A DNA stretch of 64,000 nucleotides from Nitrosopumilus sp. Lineage in GTDB: Archaea; Thermoproteota; Nitrososphaeria; Nitrososphaerales; Nitrosopumilaceae. Position numbers and translations under genes: made by a program. Location: NCBI GenBank assembly GCA_965207075.1, contig CBDBLO010000002.1:704001-768000 (forward strand), written 5' to 3'. The notes below the pieces were generated by a model. That model was not told the origin of the DNA. It searched no databases and saw only the letters and a program-made list of their open reading frames with translations. Shown in pieces: positions 8,575 through 16,859 of this stretch (its first letter is position 1; each line of letters opens with the position of its first letter).

Positions 8575-9639
8575 GTGGATGACATCGCCGACATAGACGC
8601 GCTTCTCAGGCTCAACGTGGGGGACGCGGGAAGGCTCAACTACATGAAGTCCAAGCTTGAGGGCGGCGGCACGCTGTACAGTTCGGACAGGACGTACCTT
8701 GAACGCCTGAAGGACGGCCTTGCGGGCGCGCCCGCCGAAGCGCCCGCCGAAGCGCCCGCCGAAGCGCCCGCCGAAGCGCCCGCCGAAGCGCCCGCCGAAG
8801 CGCCCGCCGAAGCGCCCGCCGAAGCGCCCGCCGAAGCGCCCGCCGAAGCGCCCGCCGAAGCGCCCGCCGAAGCGCCCGCCGAAGCGCCCGCCGAAGCGCC
8901 CGCCGAAGCGCCCGCCGAAGCGCCCGCCGAAGCGCCCGCCGAAGCGCCCGCCGAAGCGCCCGCCGAAGCGCCCGCCGAAGCGCCCGCCGAAGCGCCCGCC
9001 GAAGCGCCCGCTGCCTCCAAGGAGCGGGAGGTCATAATCGTAAACAAGGCGCCGCAGTCGAGCGCGGCGTGGTATCTCTTGCCCGTATTCTTCCTGATCG
9101 TGGGCGGCCTCATATCGTACCTGTGCCTCCGAAAGCAGGACCCGCCGAGGGCGCGCAAGTCGCTGATAGTGGGGGTCGTCCTGACTGCAATACCACTCAT
9201 GTTGCTCGGTGCAATGTACGGGGCCGTGGAGGACGAAATCATAGGCGAGGACGTGCACGTGCCCAACCTGACCGACGAGCAGATCAAGCAGATGGCCGTC
9301 GCCATCCCGTACGATTCGCTCATGGAGGAGCCGAAAGAACACGCGGGCAAGATAATCAAGTACGGGGGGAACGTGTTCCAAGTACAGGACAGGTTAAACT
9401 CACACGTGATGCTCGTCTCCCCCGACTTGCCGTCAGGCAACATCTGGTCCAACTTTGAAGCGGACACCAGCGCCAAGAAGCAGCTACTTGATGAACTCAA
9501 ACGAGACGTACCCAGCGCTGACGTGAGTGTGTGGGGCAAGTTCACGGGGCTACGGGATTATGACACGTGGCTTGGGGGCACAAACACCGTGCCCGAAGTG
9601 GATGTTTACATTTTGGAGAAGATCGTCATTCTAGACTAG
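8575..9639 (+). CDS. Membrane protein with (APAE)n linker and C-terminal OB-fold-like domain
   Basis: TTTATAA box at about 8546; N-term GDAGRLNY...LYSSDRTYL domain; two TM helices; GKIIKYGGNVFQV...VSVWG...VPEV. Confidence 0.7.
   Translation: MDDIADIDALLRLNVGDAGRLNYMKSKLEGGGTLYSSDRTYLERLKDGLAGAPAEAPAEAPAEAPAEAPAEAPAEAPAEAPAEAPAEAPAEAPAEAPAEAPAEAPAEAPAEAPAEAPAEAPAEAPAEAPAEAPAEAPAEAPAEAPAASKEREVIIVNKAPQSSAAWYLLPVFFLIVGGLISYLCLRKQDPPRARKSLIVGVVLTAIPLMLLGAMYGAVEDEIIGEDVHVPNLTDEQIKQMAVAIPYDSLMEEPKEHAGKIIKYGGNVFQVQDRLNSHVMLVSPDLPSGNIWSNFEADTSAKKQLLDELKRDVPSADVSVWGKFTGLRDYDTWLGGTNTVPEVDVYILEKIVILD
8728..9011 (+). repeat. Coding 12-bp VNTR (GCGCCCGCCGAA) x23 plus partial unit
   Basis: Perfect tandem copies visible in sequence. 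Confidence 0.95.
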
Positions 9640-10388
9640 GGCTTACGTGGAATTTGAGCACACAAGAAAAGTACTGTACTTTGGTTTTTTGACGACTGTA
9701 AGAGATCAAATATTTGGCATTATCGTACCGCATACGGTAACTCCTGCCGTACACTACCGTTAAGCGCGCATTTAAATTACGGTACGTCCAATACATGCTA
9801 CCGTCTTCGCGTTAGGTCAAGGTATGATGCGGAACATTGGTGCAAACACGGTTCCGCCGCGAATCAGTGATGTGCGGGGGGACGTATTCATCATTGCATC
9901 TTTACTCTGTTCAACCGATTGTAACCCTCCGACAAAGTTATATCTAACTCCTCTCCAAGGACTTAGAGAGGTGCAGGTAGCACCTAGCAACCTGATTGGG
10001 AAGTCAGGAATAGTAAATTTTTGAGGGTATTATTCAGATGGTTGCAAAAATCGCCGCTCTATATAGAGGTGAAAATATGTCCATTATATGTAAGACTGTT
10101 GCGTGTATTAGACGACTATTCGGCAAATGAGTAGAGGCCCATTTTGGGTGCTGTTTCCGGTACTGGTATGAATTCGGTATATAGTCATCGGTTCGGCACC
10201 CTCTGGTTCGTGGCTATCAGGTAGAGGCTGGCATATCATCCCGCCCCCTACCGCGACCCCGCGATGATTCATCTCCAAGTTTCTCAGGAAGTGTCAGATG
10301 ATGTCTAGCCGTGCCTAGATTCTATATCACGAATTCGCAACAGTACCGCAATCTCGAGGGCTTAAAAGGAAACCGTCGTCCTGACTGC

Positions 10389-11642
10389 ATGCCGAGGTGG
10401 CGCATCTCAAACAGAAAGGCGCCCAGGGGGCAGCTGGCAGACGTCAGAAAGATCATATGCGGCCCCGAGAGGCCGTCCGCCCGCTCGGTGATTGTGCCGA
10501 TAGAGTCGGACCTGAAGGGGGCGTCAAGCGTCGCCGGTGGATTGGCAGGGGAACAGGTACGGAGCTTTGAGATGTGGTGGGACGCGGCAGAGTCCAAGCT
10601 CCGGTTTGTCATCATATCAGACGAGAGGGACGCGGACGACTTTGAGCGGGCGTTCCAAGTCATGTATCCGAATGCGGCGTTCGATGACATGCGCGAGACG
10701 GTCCCCGCGTGGTTTGAGCGCGGGTCCGCGTGCCGCGTGTTTGACGTGGGGACGCGCCACGGCCACTATGCGGCGGTCTTTGACGAGCCGGGCGGCGGCG
10801 GAGGTGGGGAGCACAGCCTCATCACCCGGATGGCGAGCGCCGTCCAGTCGGCCAGCCACGCGTGGATCCAGTTCGTGTTTGCGCGGCTTGACTGCACGGC
10901 GTTTCTCCGCACGCACATGTCGCGCCTGGACAGCCGGTTCATGGAGATAAACCGCGGCAACTACACGTCGCTGGGGGACGAGATTACGGGGAAAAAGCCG
11001 CGCGAACACCCGGAGCTCGGGTACGACCTTACAAGCAACTACAAGGGCCTCAAAAAGCACGTTATAGCAAAGATGCAGGGCGCGCACTTGGTAATGAGCA
11101 TAAGGGGGCTGGTACAGGGCGACGGCGAACAAGACGTCGACCTCCCGTTTGACAATGTCTCGGCGCTGTCGGTGGACGGCATCGATTCCACATACGAGCA
11201 CCTGGCAAAGTTCCGCTACGGATATGACAGGTTCTGCTCCGATGCAAAAAAGTCGCAGATCAGGGTGCCCGGGCCGCGCGGCGCGCGCGACCACAGGGTG
11301 TGCATGTTCGAGTCAAGGCATCTGCCGGATCCCGACCAGTTCTTTGGCCGCGCCATATCGCAGTATTTTGACAAGGGGTGGTGGGGACTCCGCGGGTACC
11401 AGACCAGGAGGCCCCTGCCGTTTTTGATCCTGAACCCGGCGGAAATACCGCTGTTCGTGCACCTGCCCGACCCGGCCACGCCCAACGTGGAGACCACGCG
11501 CGGAGTGCGCCTCCCCTCAAAGCCGTCTGAAAAGACGGGTGCGGGCATAGGCTTTTTCGACTCGCTGGACGATCCCGGCCCGCAGCCCGGCCCTGCACCC
11601 GGAGACGCGGGGCGGGAACCTGCGGATGATGGTGGCGCTTGA
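10389..11642 (+). CDS. Conjugation-associated protein preceding VirD4
   Basis: SFEMWW...FERAFQVMYPNA...WIQFVF...LILNPAEIPLFVHLP pattern seen in N-terminal regions/partners of coupling proteins; overlaps next gene. Confidence 0.65.
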   Translation: MPRWRISNRKAPRGQLADVRKIICGPERPSARSVIVPIESDLKGASSVAGGLAGEQVRSFEMWWDAAESKLRFVIISDERDADDFERAFQVMYPNAAFDDMRETVPAWFERGSACRVFDVGTRHGHYAAVFDEPGGGGGGEHSLITRMASAVQSASHAWIQFVFARLDCTAFLRTHMSRLDSRFMEINRGNYTSLGDEITGKKPREHPELGYDLTSNYKGLKKHVIAKMQGAHLVMSIRGLVQGDGEQDVDLPFDNVSALSVDGIDSTYEHLAKFRYGYDRFCSDAKKSQIRVPGPRGARDHRVCMFESRHLPDPDQFFGRAISQYFDKGWWGLRGYQTRRPLPFLILNPAEIPLFVHLPDPATPNVETTRGVRLPSKPSEKTGAGIGFFDSLDDPGPQPGPAPGDAGREPADDGGA

Positions 11643-13606
11643 CTGCAGTCCGGACGGGGGACAGGAGGCGCCAGTGGGGCGAGATGGCCAAGTCCAAGGA
11701 CGCGGGCGCCGCGGTCATATCCCCCACCGACTTTGCAAACCACCTATACGTGGTGGGCGCGTCCGGCTCCGGCAAGACCTCGCTGATCCGCCTGCTTGCA
11801 AAGCACTTGGAGGCGTGGAACCTCAACGGCACATTCCAGAACGCGTTCATCTATGTGGACCCAAAGGGGGACGATTCCCATAAGTTTGTCAGGCAGTGCA
11901 GCCCCGACACGGTCGGGCGCGGTTCAGTGCACTTTCTGGACCCCCAAAAGACAAAGTTCTCGATCAACCCTCTGGAGCTACCCGCATACCAGGAGAACGA
12001 GCGCGAGGAATTAGTGTCCAGGTACGTCGGCTATTTCATGAAGACCATAGAGGAATGGTACCAGCAGTCGGCCACGTTCGTGCAGATGGAGCGCATATTC
12101 CGCGCCCTGCTGTTCTACGTGTACATGAAGCACGACTCCCCTACCTTCCTTGACATACACGACATGATACTAAAGATGCAGGAGAGCGGGCACGATGCCC
12201 TGCCGCAGATAGCAAGCACGTTCGGGACCCCGAACCGGGAGATGGAGCAGGCTTTGCTGAGCATAGCGGCGCTCAAGGGCGACGCGTTCGTCCCGCTGCT
12301 GAACCGCATCGAGCAGTTCGCGACCGACCCCGTGCTCAAGAGGATGTTTTCAGTCAGGAAGGGCACCGTGAACTTTGGGGAGCTGATCAAGCCCGGCACG
12401 TATACAGTGGTGCGCATATCGCCCCTGAACATGCCCCACCACGTGCAGCCGCTGGCGATGCAGGCGTTCATACTAAAGCTGTGGTTTGCCATCCAGGAGC
12501 GCGCAAACCTCCTGCTGGGTGAGGAGAGGACGCAGGTGGTGCTGGCGCTCGACGAGTTCCAGATTGTAAAGGACCTGCAGGTGCTCCAGCTCATGCTCGA
12601 GCAGGCCAGGTCGCTGGGGCTGGGGCTGATACTGTCGCACCAGACCACCGAGCAGATAAGCGACACGCAGCTCGGATTGATCACGGGGAACTCGGGGACG
12701 CAGCTAGTGGGCAAGGTAAACGGCAAGGACGCCACCAGGATGGCACAGATCTGGGATCCGCAGTTCAAGGGGGAGCTGACCCGGCTGCTTGCAAGCCAGG
12801 AATACTTTCACTGGTCCATACGGGAAAAGGCGCCTCCCGGAAAGGAGCAGCCGCTGCCCGTCCAGTTCTGGCTGGGCGCGCCGCCCGCCCTGCAGGTGTC
12901 AGCCGCCGCGTACGACGCGTTTCTGGCGGCCCAGCTTGCAAAGTACGGCCGCGGCACGGTGGAGGATACGATGGTCAGGCAGACGATCGCGGCCCGCAAC
13001 AAGTGGCTTGAGAGCATAACGGTACGGTTCCCGGCGCGCATGGAGTGGAGGATAATGGTCATGCTGCTCAGGAGGCCCCTCCAGCAGATGGAGATGGTCT
13101 CGGAGCTGCCGGTCTCAAACAGGTCCGAGGTGCTCGACATCCTCAAAAAGATGCAGGCAGACAGGCTTGTCAGAAAGACCGATCCCGGGAACCGCCTCTC
13201 AAAGTACGACCTGACGCAGGACGCCAGATCCGCGTACTTTGAGCCCAGGTTCGACGAGGTCGGCTCCGCAGCCGAGATCGAGGGCCTGACGCGGCGCGTG
13301 TTCAACGGCTATCTGAAGAAAGGGATGTTCGTCGCCGTGGCCTCGCAAAAGGTGACAAAGGGGCGCGACAGGACCGACCTGGTGGCGTACGACTACGAGG
13401 ATGACACCCCCATAAGCGTGGAGATCGAGTCGGTGGTCGAGGTGCAGAGCCACCCGGAGCACGTGCGGTACAACATGGTAAAGTGGAGGGAGATGGGGTT
13501 CGGGCAGTGTCACGTGTGGTCCAAGAGCCCCAAACTGCAGCAGATCTACGACCGGCTTTCGGACGGGGAAAAACGCGACGTCCAGATCAGGGTCATTTCA
13601 GCCTGA
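11639..13606 (+). CDS. virD4: VirD4/TraG-like coupling ATPase with C-terminal wHTH and PD-(D/E)xK domain
   Basis: HLYVVGASGSGKT, VDPKGD, SINPLE, LALDEFQ, QARSLGLGLILSHQ; C-term RTDLVAYD...ISVEIES. Confidence 0.85.
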   Translation: MTAVRTGDRRRQWGEMAKSKDAGAAVISPTDFANHLYVVGASGSGKTSLIRLLAKHLEAWNLNGTFQNAFIYVDPKGDDSHKFVRQCSPDTVGRGSVHFLDPQKTKFSINPLELPAYQENEREELVSRYVGYFMKTIEEWYQQSATFVQMERIFRALLFYVYMKHDSPTFLDIHDMILKMQESGHDALPQIASTFGTPNREMEQALLSIAALKGDAFVPLLNRIEQFATDPVLKRMFSVRKGTVNFGELIKPGTYTVVRISPLNMPHHVQPLAMQAFILKLWFAIQERANLLLGEERTQVVLALDEFQIVKDLQVLQLMLEQARSLGLGLILSHQTTEQISDTQLGLITGNSGTQLVGKVNGKDATRMAQIWDPQFKGELTRLLASQEYFHWSIREKAPPGKEQPLPVQFWLGAPPALQVSAAAYDAFLAAQLAKYGRGTVEDTMVRQTIAARNKWLESITVRFPARMEWRIMVMLLRRPLQQMEMVSELPVSNRSEVLDILKKMQADRLVRKTDPGNRLSKYDLTQDARSAYFEPRFDEVGSAAEIEGLTRRVFNGYLKKGMFVAVASQKVTKGRDRTDLVAYDYEDDTPISVEIESVVEVQSHPEHVRYNMVKWREMGFGQCHVWSKSPKLQQIYDRLSDGEKRDVQIRVISA

Positions 13607-13904
13607 GGCGTTCCAGCTTGCTCCTCCCGGGCGCCGCGCCTCCGCGCCCCTTGGACTTTTCGGACCTGCCCTTGGCGATCATCTCCGTTACGGCCGTCTC
13701 GTACTCGTCCGAGCCTGTGGGGCCCGGGGCGCCGCCGCCCGCGACGGCGCCAGTGGGCGTGATTATGATCTCCCCGTTTCGGAATGTAAGCCTGACACCC
13801 TGTCCCCTGTGAAGCTTTGCCCTCTTTACCATGGCCCGCGGGATCGTCAGGAGGAACGATCCGTGACTCTGCTGTAACCTGCGCTCGAACACCTGCTCCT
13901 CCAT
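13593..13904 (-). CDS. AbrB/MazE/SpoVT family DNA-binding protein
   Basis: RRLQQSHGSFLLTIPRAMVKRAKLHRGQGVRLTFRNGEIIITP. Confidence 0.85.
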   Translation of the reverse strand: MEEQVFERRLQQSHGSFLLTIPRAMVKRAKLHRGQGVRLTFRNGEIIITPTGAVAGGGAPGPTGSDEYETAVTEMIAKGRSEKSKGRGGAAPGRSKLERLRLK

Positions 13905-13932
13905 AACATCGTGTACGCCATATTCATTTAAG

Positions 13933-14087
13933 GCGTGGAAAGCGTGGAAAGCACGTTTTTGCCACGCGTGGAAAGCGTGGAAAGCACGTTTTTGCCACGC
14001 GTGGAAAGCGTGGAAAGCACGTTTTTGCCACGCGTGGAAAGCGTGGAAAGCACGTTTTTGCCACGCGTGGAAAGCGTGGAAAGCACG
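13933..14087. repeat. 33-bp tandem repeat, 4.7 copies (iteron/centromere-like)
   Basis: GCGTGGAAAGCGTGGAAAGCACGTTTTTGCCAC, no spacers, internal 9-bp duplication. Confidence 0.95.
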
Positions 14088-14613
14088 CCCCTGTTTTGCG
14101 GGTACGTGTAGAATATCCCACTCGCATATTGGCCTGTCACCTCAACGACAACCGCCGCCCCGTCTCGGATGTCCGCCCCCCTCGTCGGTTCCCTCCGAGG
14201 GGGGCTCTATTGTCTCCCTCCGCCGCAGGCGCCCCATATCCAACTGATAATTTCGCAGGCAGCGCACAACCCTCAATCTTTCGAGACGCGCGGTTGCCGT
14301 CCAGCGCCCCCGCGCGCCAACTGTTTGCAGGCAGGTCAGAACACATACCCCGCCAACCCATTTCGCGCCCGCGGCGCGCCACCGGTATGTCGCGCCGTCA
14401 TTTCACGTCATCCCGAAGCGGCCCAGATGTCACATTTTGGCCGGTTTCCAGTTGGCTCAAACTCGTCCGGCAACCACAGACCGCAGCACAGGCACTCTCG
14501 CTGTCCATGATTATTGATTCGCAGTCAAGTCTGTCGCGTTCTCACAAGGTGTTTCTGGCACATCCGGCGGCCTGTCCGGACTCCACCCGGAACCCGGCAT
14601 TTGCCCATCTTGT

Positions 14614-14697
14614 GGGCTTGGTCGGCTCCGCCGACTTGGGGGGCTCCAGGCACGGGCTTGGTCGGCTCCGCCGACTTGGGGGGCTCCAGGCACGGGC
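14614..14697. repeat. 40-bp direct repeat x2 with hairpin
   Basis: GGGCTTGGTCGGCTCCGCCGACTTGGGGGGCTCCAGGCAC; GTCGGC-TCC-GCCGAC stem-loop. Confidence 0.9.
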
Positions 14698-14705
14698 ATC
14701 TTCAT

Positions 14706-14878
<173 letters not shown>

Positions 14879-14912
14879 AATCTACCAAGGTCGGCTTTTC
14901 CACGGTTGAGTC

Positions 14913-15206
14913 TTATTCCCCGATTGTGTGTCGATAGGGGACTAAGTTGTTCGCGCAGTACATCCACAGGCCTGGGATAACGCGCCCGTCATCGTCATTC
15001 TGATTCAGCGACAACTGACCCCGCTCTACGAGGAACTGTACGAACCGCACGAACGTGTCGTTGTCGATGGCGCCCTCGATCCACCACCCGGCGCTGATCT
15101 TCACCCACACCGACATGGGAGCCCGGTCGGCGGCGGGTTCGGAAACGGCCGCGGGCCGCGCGTCTACGGTCGGCAGCATCGCGTTTGCGCCATACTCATC
15201 GCCCAC
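14913..15206 (-). CDS. Hypothetical protein
   Basis: 97-aa ORF with protein-like composition; no motif recognised. Confidence 0.4.
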   Translation of the reverse strand: MGDEYGANAMLPTVDARPAAVSEPAADRAPMSVWVKISAGWWIEGAIDNDTFVRFVQFLVERGQLSLNQNDDDGRVIPGLWMYCANNLVPYRHTIGE

Positions 15207-15410
15207 ATCACCGCCTTGCGCACAATAGTCGGAATCTTCGTATCAGCACCCAGCTTCATACCGCACGGCGCACTCTGGTTTCAACCAACCACAAGATCCC
15301 TAGAGTCCGCGCGCCGCGCAGCGCAAACAAAGTTACTTTGGATGGTTCGCCCACAATCCGCTGGGATCCGCAACGTAGCGCCCTAGCGGCCGTCTGGCAA
15401 CGACGGCTTG

Positions 15411-15797
15411 TCAGATCGCCCTGGAGGGGGGCGGCGCAATCTTGCTGGCAGCCAGGACCTCCCTGACATCGGGGATCTCCCACGCGTACTGTATGTGGAC
15501 GCACATGTGTTCGTCGCAGTACTCGCACCACGCCCTCGTGTCGCGGAAATACACGGACAGGATCCTGCCCGCGCGCCCAAGCCTGTTGTCAAGTATCTTT
15601 ACGTGGTCGTCGTACATGTTGATGTGCTCAAACCTCTTCTTCTCCAGTTTCTCGAGCTTTTCGCGCAGCGCCAAATCCACGAACTGGGACATGTTGGTTA
15701 TCCCTTCCCCCCTTACCGCATCAGTCTGCAGCATCTTCTCGACCTCGTCCATCATCACTTTTTTCACGTTGACCGTCTTCCAGTCCCCCTTTCCCAT
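15411..15797 (-). CDS. Ribbon-helix-helix regulator with C-terminal SWIM-like Zn site
   Basis: WKTVNV...ITNMSQFVDLALREKLE; WCEYCDEHMCVH. Confidence 0.75.
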   Translation of the reverse strand: MGKGDWKTVNVKKVMMDEVEKMLQTDAVRGEGITNMSQFVDLALREKLEKLEKKRFEHINMYDDHVKILDNRLGRAGRILSVYFRDTRAWCEYCDEHMCVHIQYAWEIPDVREVLAASKIAPPPSRAI

Positions 15798-16003
15798 ATG
15801 ATATTATTGTTATATGTTATTATTATTCTTTATGTTGACACATGAACCGCTACTAGCGGGCAGCCTCGCCACACACGCTGGCCGCACGCCCCCAAGAGCA
15901 GCAATCCGGAATGCGCATACGTGCCGGAACGGCGGCCGCCTGCCCCTTCTTACAACATATTTATCATAAAGGATAAATACAAAATTGACCATAGCGTTGT
16001 TGC

Positions 16004-16159
16004 ATGAAGAAATGGGGGACGGTCCAGGTCAGGGCGACGGTTCTTGAGAGGATCGCCTGCCATCTGAACGACAGGACGGAACCCTCGATAACGAACACGG
16101 CGCAGTTTGTGGATATGGCGCTGCGCGAGAAACTGGAGGCGCACGGAGGGGGAGTCTGA
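16004..16159 (+). CDS. Small RHH protein (51 aa), paralogue of the divergent regulator
   Basis: Manual translation MKKWGTVQVRATVLERIACHLNDRTEPSITNTAQFVDMALREKLEAHGGGV; below ORF-track cutoff. Confidence 0.75.
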   Translation: MKKWGTVQVRATVLERIACHLNDRTEPSITNTAQFVDMALREKLEAHGGGV

Positions 16160-16160
16160 A

Positions 16161-16472
16161 ATGAGCGGTTTTGGCAATTATGATGATGACAACGGCGCCG
16201 ACAAGCCGGGGAGGTGTAGTGCAGGCCGCGGTTCCCGTGATGCCGGGGCCGCGGGCCCGGCCGCCGGGCCGGGGGAGTGGTGGCGCGGGCCCGGCGGTTG
16301 CGGCCACCACATCATGCTGGCGTGCGCGGCGCGAAGGGAGGTGCGAGGCCTCGACGCGATGTTCTCCCCGCCGGGAACCATGTATACTTACAACAGCGAC
16401 CGCGGCTTGTCGGGAACTAGAGTGCGCTGCAGGCGGGACGATGACGGTGACGGGGAGGCGCGCATACGGTAA
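16161..16472 (+). CDS. Hypothetical protein
   Basis: ATG 1 bp after RHH stop; TAATG overlap with next gene. Confidence 0.45.
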   Translation: MSGFGNYDDDNGADKPGRCSAGRGSRDAGAAGPAAGPGEWWRGPGGCGHHIMLACAARREVRGLDAMFSPPGTMYTYNSDRGLSGTRVRCRRDDDGDGEARIR

Positions 16473-16657
16473 TGCCCTGTCGCGGAACATGCGACCGCAT
16501 CCGGGTGAGCAAGCCGGGCAGGCTGAGGCGGTACGAGGCGGGCCAGGTGCGCTGCCAGCAGTGCGGCGTCTGGATGGTCAGGGACGAGCCCGCGTGTCCG
16601 TGCTGCGGCCTGCGGCTGCGGCGGCGGGCCAGGCGCGGCAGTGTGCATCGGCAGTAG
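16472..16657 (+). CDS. Small Cys-rich zinc-finger protein
   Basis: MPCRGTC...RCQQC...CPCCGLRLR, a pattern common in thaumarchaeal small proteins. Confidence 0.7.
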   Translation: MPCRGTCDRIRVSKPGRLRRYEAGQVRCQQCGVWMVRDEPACPCCGLRLRRRARRGSVHRQ

Positions 16658-16859
16658 CGGCGCGTACCATGCTCAAAAGCAATTGCGGGGGGTGGTGACA
16701 GCGGCGGTGGTGGAGATGACAACGGTACGTAAAAGAAACAGGCGGTGTATACACGGGCACGCGGGCCGCGCGGGCTTGCCGGCGACTGCAGGCGGCGGAA
16801 GGGCCGGACGGTTACGCCCGTCCCTCCTTGCCGGGAAGCGGGGCCAGAAGTGTGCGGGC

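Noticed and set aside
8365-9545. GGRF, GASA and KRPP repeat ORFs
   Set aside because: Alternative frames of the 12-bp VNTR; only the APAE frame joins coherent domains.
13933-14087. CRISPR array
   Set aside because: The 33-bp units are contiguous with no unique spacers, and no cas genes are recognisable.
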